This document shows positions 1 through 14,435 of a stretch of 33,965 nt of DNA, piece after piece; positions within the stretch are counted from its first letter, which is position 1, and every line of letters begins with the position of its first letter. The DNA comes from an uncultured Ignavibacteriaceae bacterium. GTDB taxonomy: Bacteria > Bacteroidota > Ignavibacteria > UBA10030. Location of the stretch: the NCBI GenBank assembly GCA_964465905.1, contig CAYXMK010000004.1:1-33965 (forward strand), given 5' to 3'. The position numbers and the translations under genes were made by a program. The notes below the pieces were generated by a model. The model made no database searches. It saw only the letters and a list, made by a program, of their open reading frames with translations, and had not been told where the DNA came from.

Positions 1-1308
<1,308 letters not shown>

Positions 1309-1359
1309 CCCGCTGTGCCTCCTGATGCAAAGCGGCACGGAGGTCCTGTGAACCGGAAG

Positions 1360-1382
1360 GGCGAGGTCGATCCTCGCCTTTT
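1360..1382 (+). terminator. Candidate intrinsic terminator after dnaK (weak U-tract)
   Basis: Stem GGCGAGG (1360-1366), loop TCGAT, stem CCTCGCC (1372-1378), then TTTTCC. It lies about 50 nt after the dnaK stop. Confidence 0.35.
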
Positions 1383-1433
1383 CCGTCTGCCGCATCCCGG
1401 CCGGAACCTCCTCCCCGGAAAGGAAGTCTCACA

Positions 1434-4085
<2,652 letters not shown>

Positions 4086-4185
4086 CCCCGCCAGGCCCGT
4101 GTCGATGTGCCGCGACGCGCCTGCGGCATCGCGTCTGGTGGAAGCTGCCATGCGTCGGTTCTCCGGCCATGATGCTCCGACGCCG

Positions 4186-4209
4186 ATCCGCGCAGGCGCG
4201 GATGTTCTT
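4186..4209 (+). terminator. Candidate hairpin/terminator after clpB (poor U-tract)
   Basis: ATCCGCG (4186-4192), loop CAGG, CGCGGAT (4197-4203), followed by GTTCTT. Confidence 0.3.
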
Positions 4210-4260
4210 GGTGATTGTCTTTGCTCTCCCGCCGATTTCTTTCTATCTTTTTCACCTGCG

Positions 4261-5580
4261 ATGAAAGCCTCTTCGCTCCTCGGGCATACGAGAGAAGTGC
4301 TGTCGGAGATCCTCGTCTCGGGGCGTCCGGCGGATCGTGTCTTCGATGCGTTCTTTCGAAAACGGAGATACCTCGGCTCGCGGGACCGCCGCGTCATCGC
4401 TGAGCTTGGCTACGGCGCTCTCCGGCATTTGCGTCGGAGCCAAATGGTCGTGACGGAAACGCTCGTCGTGCGCCCGGAGGAGCTGGCGACGCCGGAGGCG
4501 GTTCGGGCGACGCTGCTCGCGTACCTCGTGAGCATGAGTGACCTGGAGCGCGGGAAGGGCTTGGAACCGCAGGCGTTGCTCGATGCCGTTGATCCTCTCG
4601 AGCACGAGCTGGTTGAACGCCTGCGGCATGCGCACCAGCATCTACTGAAGCGGAAGGATCTCGGTGTCGGGGTCGTGTTCTCGTTTCCTGACTGGATGGT
4701 AGAGCGGTTCGCCGCCGAGTTTCCGGGACAGGAGCTGGAAGGACTGCTTCTCGCCCTGAACGAGCAAGCCCCCATCTCCCTCCGTGTGAATACGCTGCGC
4801 ACGACCGTCGAAGCATGCCGCGAGAGACTTGAGGCGGAGGGCGTTCCGACGAGGCCAGGGCACCATTCCCCTCTGGCGCTCCAGCTCATGCGCCGGATCA
4901 ATGTCTTCGCACTCCCCTCATTCCGGGATGGACTCTTTGAGATGCAGGATGAGGGGAGCCAGATCGTGCCGATTCTTCTGGATCCCAAGCCGACGGCGAA
5001 GGTGCTGGATGCCTGTGCGGGTGCGGGAGGAAAGACCCTCGAATTTGCTGCGCTGATGGAAAACCGCGGCGAAATCGTGGCCGGGGACGTCAGTGCCTGG
5101 CGACTCGGCGAGCTTCGCAGGAGAGCACGCCGCGCCGGCGCGTCGAATGTGCGTGTGCAGGAGCTGGACCTCCTGAAGCCCATCCCGGACGGTCTGTCGG
5201 CGAAGTTCGACGTGGTGCTGGTGGACGCTCCGTGCAGCGGTGTGGGAACGATCCGACGCAACCCCGGGATGAAGTGGAACGTTACCGGGGGGATGCTGCG
5301 GGGGCTGTCCGAGACGCAGCTGACGATGCTGAAGCACAGCGCCCCAGCGGTGAAACCCGGCGGCCGGCTTGCCTACAGCACCTGCACGCTGTTTCGGGAG
5401 GAAAACGAAGACGTCGTGAACGCGTTCCTTGCGGCACATCCCGAGTTCTCGATCCTGCCGCTCTCACAGCTCAACGGCGGAACCAGGTTCGTCCGGCGCG
5501 ACGATGACCCGTTTCTCCACCTTCTTCCGCATCGCGATGGAACGGACGGATTCTTCCTTGCCGTTCTCCAGCGCCGCTGA
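4261..5580 (+). CDS. rsmB: 16S rRNA m5C methyltransferase, RsmB/Sun (NOL1/NOP2/Sun) family
   Basis: NusB-like N-terminal region (RDRRVIAELGYGALRHLRR), SAM-binding DACAGAGGKT, catalytic VLVDAPCSGVGTIRRNP and YSTCTL. The ORF is open from 4075. The stretch 4150-4260 has many T-ending codons and an AT-rich tail, so I chose ATG 4261 (MKASSLLGHTREV...). The start is uncertain and ATG 4150 is possible. Confidence 0.85.
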   Translation: MKASSLLGHTREVLSEILVSGRPADRVFDAFFRKRRYLGSRDRRVIAELGYGALRHLRRSQMVVTETLVVRPEELATPEAVRATLLAYLVSMSDLERGKGLEPQALLDAVDPLEHELVERLRHAHQHLLKRKDLGVGVVFSFPDWMVERFAAEFPGQELEGLLLALNEQAPISLRVNTLRTTVEACRERLEAEGVPTRPGHHSPLALQLMRRINVFALPSFRDGLFEMQDEGSQIVPILLDPKPTAKVLDACAGAGGKTLEFAALMENRGEIVAGDVSAWRLGELRRRARRAGASNVRVQELDLLKPIPDGLSAKFDVVLVDAPCSGVGTIRRNPGMKWNVTGGMLRGLSETQLTMLKHSAPAVKPGGRLAYSTCTLFREENEDVVNAFLAAHPEFSILPLSQLNGGTRFVRRDDDPFLHLLPHRDGTDGFFLAVLQRR

Positions 5581-5731
5581 CGGCTGGCGGTGGGTGACCG
5601 GCATCGGCTCCTGTTGCGGTGGTCGTCGGGATGGAGGGGCGGAATTGCCCGGATCGACGATGAACCGTGCTCCCCGTCCTCCGCAGGCCGCTCCAGGCGC
5701 GTCCGGCGCAGTGAAAAAAGGAAAAAACCTC

Positions 5732-6256
5732 ATGCGAACGATGGCGTTGATAGCTGCCGTTCTGGCCTCCGCTCTGATGAACGGGTGTTCGAGGCCGACC
5801 GAAGCGGAGCTCATGGAGCGGGCGGCCGCGGCATACCGGTCGGGAAACCCCGAGGAGGCGATGGCTCTGTACCAGGAATGCCTCGACAGATACCCCGAAG
5901 GAGAAATGCGTCCCGAGGCCATCTTCGCGATGGCCAGCATCTATCAGAATGACCGCCATGACCTTACGGCGGCCCTCCGGACGTACCGGGCGGTTGTGGA
6001 TCAGTTCCCCAACCATGCTCGTGCGCCGGGGGCCCTGTTTCTGATCGGCTTCATCCTCCACAACGAGCTGGGAAATCTCGACAGCGCGCGGGCGAGCTAC
6101 GACGAATTCCTCAGGAAATATCCTGGCCATCCGATGGCGGCTTCTGCAGAGTACGAACTTGCCAACCTCGGCAAGGATCCATCCTCGCTGCTGAACGTGG
6201 GGCCAGCGCCGCCGACCGGAGGGCGCACGGCGGAACCGCGGACGCGCAAGCGATGA
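5732..6256 (+). CDS. TPR-repeat lipoprotein (YbgF/CpoB-like TPR region)
   Basis: MRTMALIAAVLASALMNGC is a signal peptide with a lipobox-like LMNG|C. It is followed by repeated ...YP.. TPR-like units (ECLDRYPEGE, VVDQFPNHAR, FLRKYPGHPM). AGGA lies about 11 nt upstream. The ORF is open from 5429, but that upstream part overlaps rsmB. Confidence 0.75.
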   Translation: MRTMALIAAVLASALMNGCSRPTEAELMERAAAAYRSGNPEEAMALYQECLDRYPEGEMRPEAIFAMASIYQNDRHDLTAALRTYRAVVDQFPNHARAPGALFLIGFILHNELGNLDSARASYDEFLRKYPGHPMAASAEYELANLGKDPSSLLNVGPAPPTGGRTAEPRTRKR

Positions 6257-6266
6257 AGGGAGCGCT

Positions 6267-7163
6267 GTGAGCGAGGCCCTGAAATACCTCAAGCCCGACG
6301 TCGTTGCTCAGCTCGGCACGATGGAGCTGAAAGCGCGGCTCGTCGTCGAAGGATTCATCACCGGCCTGCACCGCAGCCCGTACCACGGGTTCAGCGTAGA
6401 GTTCACGGAGCACCGCCCCTACATGCCGGGGGATGATCTCAAGCGCCTCGACTGGAAGGTACTGGGGAAGACAGACCGGTACTTCATCAAGCAGTTCGAG
6501 GAAGAAACGAACCTGAAGTCGTACCTGATTCTCGACGCGAGTCGCTCCATGAACTTCTCGTCGGGCCGTCATCTGCCGAAGATCGAGTATGCGAAGTATC
6601 TCGCCGCCTCGCTTGCCTATCTGATGACGGAGCAGAGGGATGCCGTCGGCCTGACGGTGTACGGCGAGGCGATCGCCTCCTCTCTCCCTCCCCGCAGCAC
6701 ACGCCTCTCGCTCTATCGTTTGCTGCGGGAGCTTGAACAAGTGCAGGGGGGGAGGGGAACCCGCACTGCGGAGGTCCTTCATCAGGTGGCGGAGCAAATC
6801 AAGCGACGGGGGTTAGTGATCATCCTGAGCGACCTGCTGGACGAGGCAGGGGACGTACTGAACGCCTTCAAGCACTTCCGCCATCGCGGACACGAGGTGC
6901 TGGTTCTCCACATCCTCGATCCTCAGGAGCGGCTGTTCGGATTCGGGAGTGACGCCGTCTTCCGCGATATGGAAACAGGGGAAGAACTGCCGACGCAGCC
7001 GTGGCACATCCGGGATGCGTACCGCGAGGCCTTCCAAGCGTTCCTCGACCGGTACCGGCATGAGTGTCTCGAGAGCAACATCGACTACGTCCTGCTCGAC
7101 ACATCGACCCCCTTCGACACGGCGCTGCTCGAGTACCTGAACAAGCGAAAACGAATGCACTGA
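6267..7163 (+). CDS. DUF58 domain protein (vWA-like; usually a MoxR/Bat-operon partner)
   Basis: Characteristic N-terminal block LVVEGFITGLHRSPYHGFSVEFTEHRPYMPGDDLKRLDWKV, then a vWA-like LILDASRSM. GTG start at 6267. Confidence 0.85.
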   Translation: MSEALKYLKPDVVAQLGTMELKARLVVEGFITGLHRSPYHGFSVEFTEHRPYMPGDDLKRLDWKVLGKTDRYFIKQFEEETNLKSYLILDASRSMNFSSGRHLPKIEYAKYLAASLAYLMTEQRDAVGLTVYGEAIASSLPPRSTRLSLYRLLRELEQVQGGRGTRTAEVLHQVAEQIKRRGLVIILSDLLDEAGDVLNAFKHFRHRGHEVLVLHILDPQERLFGFGSDAVFRDMETGEELPTQPWHIRDAYREAFQAFLDRYRHECLESNIDYVLLDTSTPFDTALLEYLNKRKRMH

Positions 7164-7229
7164 GGCACGTTTGCCTCCCCCTCCGATTCGGGAAGGGACA
7201 CTGCTGGAGATCAATCCCTCCCTGTCCGT

Positions 7230-10106
7230 ATGTCTGAAGCCAATCTCATCGTCCGCGGCGCACGCGTCCACAATCTGAAAAACATCGACGTGGAAATTCC
7301 GCGCGAGCGCCTGACCGTCATTACGGGACTGTCCGGCTCGGGGAAGTCGAGTCTGGCTTTCGATACGATCTACGCCGAAGGCCAGCGGCGCTACGTGGAG
7401 AGTCTTTCGGCTTACGCTCGGCAGTTCATCGGTATGATGGAGCGGCCGGACGTCGACTACATCGGCGGACTCAGTCCGTCGATTTCCATCGAGCAGAAAA
7501 GCGTCAGCCATAATCCGCGCTCCACGGTCGGGACGGTGACGGAGATTTATGACTACCTTCGGCTTCTCTTCGCCCGAGCCGGAACCCAGTTCTGCTACCG
7601 TTGCGGTGAGAAGGTTCAGCGCCAGAGCGTGGATCAGATGGTGGATGCCATCCTCGCCTATCCTCAGGGCGCCAGGCTCCAGATCCTCGCCCCCGTCGTG
7701 CGGGGCCGCAAGGGGCACTACCGGGAGCTCTTTGAGCAGATTCTGAAGGACGGCTTTGTGCGCGTGCGTGTGGACGGCGTTGTACGGGAGATTACGGAGG
7801 GCATGAAGCTGGAACGGTACAAGATCCACAACATTGACATTGTGGTGGATCGGATTCAGCTCCGAGGCAACGTCCGGATGCGCGTGGCAGAATCCGTGGA
7901 AGTTGCGCTTCGCTACGGAGAGGGGCGGCTGGTGGTCTCCGATGGGAAGAGCGACGCACTCTTCAGCCGCGAGTATGCCTGCCACACCTGCGGGATTAGC
8001 TACGACGAGCCGGCGCCGAACTCGTTCTCTTTCAATTCCCCTGCCGGGTTCTGCCCCGAGTGCGAAGGCCTCGGCGAGCGGCGCGCCTTCGACCTCCGTC
8101 TCATCATCCCCGACGAGCGCCGGTCCATCAACGAAGGGGGGATCGCCCCGCTTGGAAAGCCGCGGCCGACGTGGATGTTCAGTCAGATCCGGGCCGTCGC
8201 GAAGCGTTTTGGGTTCGATTTCGACGTCCCCTTGCAGAAGATCTCGAAGGAGGGGCGGGAGGCACTCCTGTACGGTCTGGGGGATCAGAAGATCGAGATC
8301 GAATATGAGACGGGACGCGGCCGGCCGGTCATCTACCGGCATCGCTTCGGCGGCGTTCTCGAGATGCTCCAGCGCTACTACGAAGACACCACTTCCGGGA
8401 AGATCCGGGAATGGGTGGAATCGTTCATGGCAGCGTCGGTCTGCACGTCGTGCAACGGAGGCCGCCTCCGCAAAGAGAGTCTGGCTGTCAAACTCGTGGA
8501 CGTCAGGACCGGCACTGCCTGGTCGATCGACAGCATCGTCCGTCTCTCCATCGACAAAGCACGGAAGATGTTCGGAGAACTGACCCTTGCTCCCCGGCTG
8601 GAGGAAATTGCGCGGCAGGTTCTGAAGGAAATCACCCAGCGGCTCGACTTCCTGCTCAATGTCGGGCTGGAGTATGTCACGCTGGACCGGTCTGCCCGGA
8701 GTCTCTCCGGCGGCGAAAGCCAACGGATCCGGCTGGCCACGCAGGTCGGCACCCAGCTCGTCGGCGTGCTCTATATCCTGGATGAACCGAGTATCGGCCT
8801 CCATCAGCGGGACAACATCAAGCTCATCAACTCCCTCAAGAACCTGCGGGATCTGGGGAATACGGTCATCGTTGTCGAGCACGACCGGGAGATGATCCAA
8901 CAGGCAGACTACGTGCTGGACCTCGGACCCGGCGCCGGGGAGCACGGCGGACGCGTTGTGACATCAGGGACTCCGGCGGACCTGACGGCCCGCACGGCTC
9001 GCCGCAGTCATTCTAGACGATCTGCGACGGAGCCGTCGCTGACCGTCGAGTACCTGACAGGGCGACGGTCAATTCCCGTCCCGCAGGAACGCAGGAAGGG
9101 AACGGGCGCGAAGCTCGTCCTGACGGGTGCAACGGGAAACAACCTGAAGAACGTGACCCTCGAAATCCCGCTGGGGACGTTTGTATGCATCACGGGCGTC
9201 AGCGGCTCGGGGAAATCGAGTCTCGTCAATGAAACACTCTACCCAATCCTGTCGCGCACGTTCTACCAATCCCTCGATGTGCCGCTCCCGCACGGCTCCC
9301 TGCAGGGGATCGAGCACATCGACAAAGTCATCGACATTGACCAATCGCCGATCGGACGTACGCCCCGCTCGAATCCCGCGACATACACGGGCTTGTTCAC
9401 GATGATCCGCGACCTTTTCACGCAGCTGCCGGAAGCGAAGTTGCGGGGGTACAGGGCAGGGAGGTTCAGCTTCAACGTGAAAGGGGGAAGGTGTGAACAG
9501 TGCGAGGGGGACGGGGTCCGGAAGATCGAAATGAATTTCCTGCCGGATGTCTACGTGGTGTGCGACGTCTGCAACGGAAAGCGGTACAATCGGGAAACGC
9601 TCGAAGTCCATTTCAAAGGAAAGTCGATTGCCGATGTTCTCGATATGACCGTGGAGGAGGCCATCGAACTCTTCAGCGAGTTCCCGCGGCTTCAGCGGAA
9701 GCTGCAGACACTCCATGATGTCGGGCTGGGATACATCCGCCTGGGCCAGCAGGCGACAACGCTGTCGGGAGGAGAAGCACAACGGGTGAAGCTCTCGACT
9801 GAGCTTTCGAAGGTGGGCACCGGCAGGACCCTGTACATTCTGGATGAGCCCACCACCGGTCTGCATTTTGAAGACATCCGGATGCTTCTCTCTGTGCTCA
9901 ACAAGCTGGTGGCCAAAGGGAACACGGTCATGGTGATCGAGCATAACCTGGAGGTGATCAAGACAGCCGACTGGGTTGTCGATCTGGGTCCGGAGGGAGG
10001 GGACGCGGGGGGGCGGATCGTTGCAGAGGGGACGCCGGAGCAGGTTGCGAAAGCAAAGGGGTCCTATACCGGTCAGTTCCTGGCAAAAGAACTGAACCAT
10101 CGCTGA
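7230..10106 (+). CDS. uvrA: Excinuclease ABC subunit UvrA
   Basis: 958 aa with two ABC modules ([23 protein letters not shown] and [16 protein letters not shown]), LSGGE signature motifs, and zinc modules (CHTCG...CPECEG and CEQCEGDG...CDVCNGKRY). Confidence 0.97.
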   Translation: MSEANLIVRGARVHNLKNIDVEIPRERLTVITGLSGSGKSSLAFDTIYAEGQRRYVESLSAYARQFIGMMERPDVDYIGGLSPSISIEQKSVSHNPRSTVGTVTEIYDYLRLLFARAGTQFCYRCGEKVQRQSVDQMVDAILAYPQGARLQILAPVVRGRKGHYRELFEQILKDGFVRVRVDGVVREITEGMKLERYKIHNIDIVVDRIQLRGNVRMRVAESVEVALRYGEGRLVVSDGKSDALFSREYACHTCGISYDEPAPNSFSFNSPAGFCPECEGLGERRAFDLRLIIPDERRSINEGGIAPLGKPRPTWMFSQIRAVAKRFGFDFDVPLQKISKEGREALLYGLGDQKIEIEYETGRGRPVIYRHRFGGVLEMLQRYYEDTTSGKIREWVESFMAASVCTSCNGGRLRKESLAVKLVDVRTGTAWSIDSIVRLSIDKARKMFGELTLAPRLEEIARQVLKEITQRLDFLLNVGLEYVTLDRSARSLSGGESQRIRLATQVGTQLVGVLYILDEPSIGLHQRDNIKLINSLKNLRDLGNTVIVVEHDREMIQQADYVLDLGPGAGEHGGRVVTSGTPADLTARTARRSHSRRSATEPSLTVEYLTGRRSIPVPQERRKGTGAKLVLTGATGNNLKNVTLEIPLGTFVCITGVSGSGKSSLVNETLYPILSRTFYQSLDVPLPHGSLQGIEHIDKVIDIDQSPIGRTPRSNPATYTGLFTMIRDLFTQLPEAKLRGYRAGRFSFNVKGGRCEQCEGDGVRKIEMNFLPDVYVVCDVCNGKRYNRETLEVHFKGKSIADVLDMTVEEAIELFSEFPRLQRKLQTLHDVGLGYIRLGQQATTLSGGEAQRVKLSTELSKVGTGRTLYILDEPTTGLHFEDIRMLLSVLNKLVAKGNTVMVIEHNLEVIKTADWVVDLGPEGGDAGGRIVAEGTPEQVAKAKGSYTGQFLAKELNHR

Positions 10107-10232
10107 CGATGCGCCGGCGGCCGGCTCCACGTCGCGGCACAGAGCAGAAACCAGCGTGCAGATGACAACAGAAGACGGACTTCCTTCGTCATACCCCTTT
10201 GATCAGAAGTTCACTGTGAACGGGAATCAATC

Positions 10233-11093
10233 ATGAACCATAAGAACACGATCACCCTTCTTGTCATCCTCATAGTCGCCGCGTCTGCAGTTGCTGCGAC
10301 GACAGGAATTCTGTCGGAAGGTGGTCCCGGCTCCTACGACTATCAATCCATCCGCGGCCAGACCGTGACAATCTACGGGAAAGGGCTCTACCGACACATG
10401 TCGGCCGACGTGGCCGTGCAGGGCATAGCCCAGGACTACGTGACCCTCTTCATCGGCATACCGTTGCTGATACTGGCTACATGCCTTGCCAGGAGGGGCT
10501 CCCTCAGGGGCCGTTTCCTGTTGGCGGGGACCCTGGGCTATTTCCTTGTGACCTACCTGTTCTACCTGATCATGGCAATGTACAATGCCATGTTTTTGGT
10601 TTATGTCCTTCTGATGGGTTGTTCTTTCTTCGCTCTTGCCCTCACGATGATGTCGCTGGATGCAGGTGTTCTGCCGGCAGCTTTCCATCCGTCCGCGCCG
10701 GTGAAGTTGGCGGGAGGATTCCTGCTCTTCAACGCGGCTTCGATAGGTCTTCTCTGGCTGAGCGTCGTCGTACCTCCGCTTGCGGACGGGACTCTCTATC
10801 CAAAGGCGCTGGAGCACTACACCACGTTGGTCGTGCAGGGGATGGATCTGGGGTTGCTGCTGCCGCTGGCGGCGGTGACAGGCGTGCTTCTGATGCGGAA
10901 GCGTCCGTATGGCTACTTGCTGGGTCCGGTGTATCTCGTCTTCCTCTCAATCCTTATGGCGGCTCTGACGTCGAAGGTCATTGCGATGGGTATGGTGGGC
11001 CAGAACATTGTGCCGGCTGTGTTTCTGATTCCGACGTTCGCGCTGGCTTCGATCGGATGTGCGACGCTCTTTCTGAGGAAGGCAGGCGTCTGA
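10233..11093 (+). CDS. Uncharacterised polytopic membrane protein (about 6-7 predicted TM helices)
   Basis: 286 aa with repeated hydrophobic stretches (ITLLVILIVAASAVAA, LFIGIPLLILATCL, YLFYLIMAMYNAMFLVYVLLMGCSFFALAL, and others). I did not recognise a family signature. It is the only long ORF here with a coding-like GC3 pattern. Confidence 0.7.
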   Translation: MNHKNTITLLVILIVAASAVAATTGILSEGGPGSYDYQSIRGQTVTIYGKGLYRHMSADVAVQGIAQDYVTLFIGIPLLILATCLARRGSLRGRFLLAGTLGYFLVTYLFYLIMAMYNAMFLVYVLLMGCSFFALALTMMSLDAGVLPAAFHPSAPVKLAGGFLLFNAASIGLLWLSVVVPPLADGTLYPKALEHYTTLVVQGMDLGLLLPLAAVTGVLLMRKRPYGYLLGPVYLVFLSILMAALTSKVIAMGMVGQNIVPAVFLIPTFALASIGCATLFLRKAGV

Positions 11094-11157
11094 GCGGCCA
11101 TCGCCGGTCCTTCGGGTTCAAACGCGTTTCGCAAAGATGCTGTCAAACGGCGACGAC

Positions 11158-11742
11158 TCACGCTCTGGAAACCCAGGCATTCCCTCTGATGGAGAAACGC
11201 CAGCGCTTTGCCGTTCCTTCTCTGATCCCGATTCTCGGAGATCGTGCAACGAGGGATGAGGGAACGGGCTTTCCTTCTGTCACAGAGATGTCTGCACCGA
11301 GCAGATCGATCCCGTTCTCCTTCCTGCCGATCCTGAATGCCTGACAGAACTTCGCCGGCCCGTTGGTCAGGTTCCGATCGGAAGTGTGCCCGCGGTTCCT
11401 TCGCATAATATCCACCGACGCGATCGGCTCAACCGCTCGGATGAGCACCGCGCCGGCTTTTCCGTCCCGTTCCGTCACGATGTTGGCACAGAAGTGCATC
11501 CCGTAGGTGAAGTACACGTACAGATGTCCCGGCGGGCCGAACATGACGTCGTTGCGCAGTGTCTTTCCCCGGTACGCGTGGGATGCCGGGTCGTCTTCCC
11601 CGCGGTACGCTTCCACTTCCACGATTTTGCCGATCAGCAAATGATTTCGTACCCTTCTCACGATGTGCATTCCGAGAAGTTCACGGGCAACGGTCAGCGT
11701 GGGACGGGCGTAGAAAGAACGAGGGAGTTTCCTTGACGGCAT
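11158..11742 (-). CDS. mpg: DNA-3-methyladenine glycosylase (Mpg/AAG family)
   Basis: Family blocks FYARPTLTVARELLG, VEVEAYRGEDDPASHAYRGKTLRNDVMFGPPGHLYVYFTYGMHFCANIV and LTNGPAKFCQAF. Confidence 0.9.
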   Translation of the reverse strand: MPSRKLPRSFYARPTLTVARELLGMHIVRRVRNHLLIGKIVEVEAYRGEDDPASHAYRGKTLRNDVMFGPPGHLYVYFTYGMHFCANIVTERDGKAGAVLIRAVEPIASVDIMRRNRGHTSDRNLTNGPAKFCQAFRIGRKENGIDLLGADISVTEGKPVPSSLVARSPRIGIREGTAKRWRFSIRGNAWVSRA

Positions 11743-11940
11743 GGCGCTCGATCAGCTGTGGGGAGATTTCGAACCGAAACTTGTCAGAACAACAGGGGGT
11801 GGCAAAGCTCCCGTGAGCCGGGTGGAAAAGGCCGGGACGCTCATCGCTGTGTGACCGTGGAAGCTCATGGCGACTCGCACGCCTCAAGATATTCCAATTT
11901 CATCGTCTGATCAAACACGACGGGGTGATCCGGCTGAATC

Positions 11941-12723
11941 ATGAAACGTCGGCTTGACTGGCTCCTCCGGTCGCTCCATGTCGCGATCGTTGCGGAGGAT
12001 GAGTACTGGATGGTTCTGAACAAACCACCCCGCCTTCTCGTCTTGCCGGATCGGTACCAGTCCGCGCTGGTGAATCTCCAATCCGTGCTGACAGCTGAAC
12101 TGGCGAAAATCTTCGTCGTCCATCGGATCGATCGGGACACCAGCGGGCTGGTCGTCTTTGCGAAGACAGCGGAGGTGCATGCGGGGCTGAACCGGCAATT
12201 CGAAGAGCGGACTGTCGAAAAGACATATCTTGCCCTGGTGCGGGGTGTACCGTCGGCGTCGGGCGGGATCATCGAGCTTCCTCTGGGAGAGGACGCCGGG
12301 CGGCCGGGTCGGATGAAGATTGACCCGAAGCGGGGAAAACCGTCGGCAACGCGGTGGGAAGTCGTGGAACGTTTTGACGGTTTCAGTCTGCTGGAAGTGC
12401 ACCCGCTCACCGGCCGCACGCATCAGATCCGCGTGCATCTCGCCTCCGTTGGATCGCCACTCCTTTGCGATCCTCTCTACGGGGATGGAAAGCCGCTGCT
12501 GCTGTCATCGATCAAGGCGAGGTATCGGAATGAAGGGGAGGAGAAACCGATGCTGAACCGCACCGCCCTGCACGCTCAGCGGCTCGTTCTCCGTCATCCG
12601 GTCAGCGGGGAACAGCTGAAGCTGGAGGCACCACTGCCGAAGGATCTGCGCTCCGCTCTCCAGGCACTGCGGAAGTACGCGCCGGGACGGTCAGGAATCG
12701 CCGAACAGCCCTTCCTGCGGTGA
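11941..12723 (+). CDS. RluA-family RNA pseudouridine synthase (no S4 domain)
   Basis: Catalytic motif [25 protein letters not shown], and [16 protein letters not shown]. Confidence 0.88.
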   Translation: MKRRLDWLLRSLHVAIVAEDEYWMVLNKPPRLLVLPDRYQSALVNLQSVLTAELAKIFVVHRIDRDTSGLVVFAKTAEVHAGLNRQFEERTVEKTYLALVRGVPSASGGIIELPLGEDAGRPGRMKIDPKRGKPSATRWEVVERFDGFSLLEVHPLTGRTHQIRVHLASVGSPLLCDPLYGDGKPLLLSSIKARYRNEGEEKPMLNRTALHAQRLVLRHPVSGEQLKLEAPLPKDLRSALQALRKYAPGRSGIAEQPFLR

Positions 12724-13734
12724 GCTCCGTTTCATCTTGAAGTGCCGATAGGCGAGGGGAGTGGCCTCGCGCCCGCGCGGCGTTCTCTGAAGAAACCCTT
12801 CCTGGATCAGGTACGGCTCATAGACCTCCTCGATCGTCCCCGGTTCTTCTCCCACGGCAACAGCCAGCGTATTCAACCCCACCGGCCCACCGGCATACTT
12901 CTCCATGATCGCAAGCAGGATTCTCTTGTCCATTTCGTCGAGGCCGTGCTCATCCACCTCGAGGGCGGCCAGGGCGTGGGCCGCAACTTCGCGCGTGATG
13001 GCGCCCCCGAACCGCTCCAGTCGCTGATCCGCTTCGGCGAAGTCGCGGCAGCGGCGGAGGAGGCGGTTGGCGATGCGGGGTGTGCCGCGCGATCGGCGCG
13101 CGATTTCGTGTGCTCCTTCCTCTTCAATCCGGACATTGAGGATGCGGGCGGAACGGAGGCAGATGCGGAACAGCTGATCGGGCTGGTAGTAGTCCAGGCG
13201 GTTGGACACCCCGAAGCGGGAGCGGAGGGGAGCGGTGAGCAATCCGGCGCGAGTTGTTGCGCCGACGAGCGTGAAGCGCGGAAGGGAGAGCTGGATGCTC
13301 CGGGCGTTCGGTCCGGCGTCGAGGATGATGTCGAGCCGGTATTCTTCCATGGCGGAATAGAGATACTCCTCCACGACGGGATTCAGGCGGTGGATTTCGT
13401 CGATGAACAGGACGTCTCCTTCGCCGAGACTGGTGAGGATGCCCGCCAGATCGCCCGGCTTGTCGAGGACAGGCCCCGAGGTGATGCGGATCCTGGACTT
13501 CATCTGGTTGGCGATGATGTGGGCAAGAGTGGTCTTGCCCAGACCGGGCGGACCCGTCAGCAGAACGTGGTCAAGGGCCTCGCCGCGCTGGCTTGCGGCA
13601 GTGATGAAGACCTTCAGGTTTTCGACGATCTTCTGCTGGCCGACGAAGTCCTCAAAGGCCGCGGGCCGGAGCGTCTGGTCGAGCTCCCGGTCGTTCTCCA
13701 GCGGTTCGGGCGATGTGTGGTCCGACTTGCGCAT
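12691..13734 (-). CDS. ruvB: Holliday junction branch migration ATPase RuvB
   Basis: [15 protein letters not shown], Walker [16 protein letters not shown], Walker [10 protein letters not shown] and sensor/arginine blocks. The ORF is open to 13797, but ATG 13734 ([10 protein letters not shown]...) gives a typical 347 aa length. Confidence 0.95.
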   Translation of the reverse strand: MRKSDHTSPEPLENDRELDQTLRPAAFEDFVGQQKIVENLKVFITAASQRGEALDHVLLTGPPGLGKTTLAHIIANQMKSRIRITSGPVLDKPGDLAGILTSLGEGDVLFIDEIHRLNPVVEEYLYSAMEEYRLDIILDAGPNARSIQLSLPRFTLVGATTRAGLLTAPLRSRFGVSNRLDYYQPDQLFRICLRSARILNVRIEEEGAHEIARRSRGTPRIANRLLRRCRDFAEADQRLERFGGAITREVAAHALAALEVDEHGLDEMDKRILLAIMEKYAGGPVGLNTLAVAVGEEPGTIEEVYEPYLIQEGFLQRTPRGREATPLAYRHFKMKRSSPQEGLFGDS

Positions 13735-13826
13735 GCGGATTGGAAAGTAGTGAGAACGTGAGTGAATAGCAAGAACGGGAGCATCCGTGCTCCGCATCCG
13801 CGGCCGAGTCCGCGACAGTTGTGGGG

Positions 13827-14435
13827 CTACACACCGGAAACGTGTTTGAGGGCGCGCTTGATGAGATCCTCCACGCTCAGATCGGACTCGCGCGCATCGA
13901 GGAGTGCAGCACGGAGCGCCTTCTCCGCGGCGATCCTGGTGAAGCCGAGCGAGGTCAGCGCCATGAGGGCCTCTGCGCGGTTCTGCGCGGCGCGGTCGGT
14001 CACAGGAGTGCCTTCGGTACCGGCGGGGATTCCCTTCTGCAGGCGATCGCGCAGTTCCACCACGAGTCGCTCCGCGGTCTTGCGGCCGATGTTGGGGATC
14101 GACATCAGGGCTGCTGTGTTACCCGAGAGGATGTGGTCCTTCAGCTGGGCGACGGAAACACCGGAGAGGATTCCCTGGGCGATCTTCGGCCCGATGCCGG
14201 ACACGCCGATGAGCAGGCGAAAGAGCTGGCGTTCTTCCTCCGTGGAGAACCCGAACAACTGCATCACATCTTCGCGGACGTGCAGGTAGGTGAGCAGATG
14301 CACCGTTGAGCCGGGCTGGGCGAGGGTTTCAAACGTGGCGAGGGAAATGCTCACAGCATAGCCGACGCCGTGGACGTCGACGAGGACTTCCGTCGGATTC
14401 TTGGCAACGAGCGTGCCGGTCAGGGATGCAATCAT
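13827..14435 (-). CDS. ruvA: Holliday junction DNA helicase subunit RuvA
   Basis: [31 protein letters not shown], HhH motifs ([26 protein letters not shown]). Its ATG overlaps the ruvC stop (ATGA at 14432-14435). Confidence 0.93.
   Translation of the reverse strand: MIASLTGTLVAKNPTEVLVDVHGVGYAVSISLATFETLAQPGSTVHLLTYLHVREDVMQLFGFSTEEERQLFRLLIGVSGIGPKIAQGILSGVSVAQLKDHILSGNTAALMSIPNIGRKTAERLVVELRDRLQKGIPAGTEGTPVTDRAAQNRAEALMALTSLGFTRIAAEKALRAALLDARESDLSVEDLIKRALKHVSGV

Noticed and set aside
1309-1433. A search for heat-shock control elements (CIRCE TTAGCACTC-N9-GAGTGCTAA; sigma-32 CTTGAAA/CCCCATNT) between dnaK and clpB.
   Set aside because: I found no match better than 4-5 scattered bases. 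Only a weak terminator-like hairpin and the clpB RBS are visible.
7162-7177. A small hairpin, GAGGCA-CGTT-TGCCTC, overlapping the DUF58 stop codon.
   Set aside because: The stem is only 6 bp and is followed by C-rich sequence rather than T-rich sequence. This is too weak to call a terminator or regulatory element.
6813-8945. Very long ORFs antisense to real genes: 6813-8945 (710 aa), 15754-18069 (771 aa), 24856-26418 (520 aa), 29067-31076 (669 aa), 31962-33905 (647 aa), and many shorter ones.
   Set aside because: Each lies opposite a gene with unmistakable family motifs (uvrA, recJ, guaB, purD/epimerase, EBP). Their translations are Arg/Pro/Gly/Asp-rich low-complexity sequence with no motifs. 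High GC3 in the sense frame suppresses stop codons in antisense frames, so these are expected artefacts.
11761-11790. A tRNA T-loop-like string, GATTTCGAACC (minus strand GGTTCGAAATC), in the mpg/rluA divergent spacer.
   Set aside because: The flanking bases do not form a 5-bp T-stem. No acceptor stem, anticodon arm or CCA context can be drawn. This is a chance match to a short motif.
12691-12723. A 33-bp convergent overlap of the rluA-family and ruvB 3' ends.
   Set aside because: Both reading frames are well supported to their stops, and short convergent overlaps occur in compact genomes. No hairpin or other signal is visible in the overlap, so there is nothing to follow up beyond noting it.
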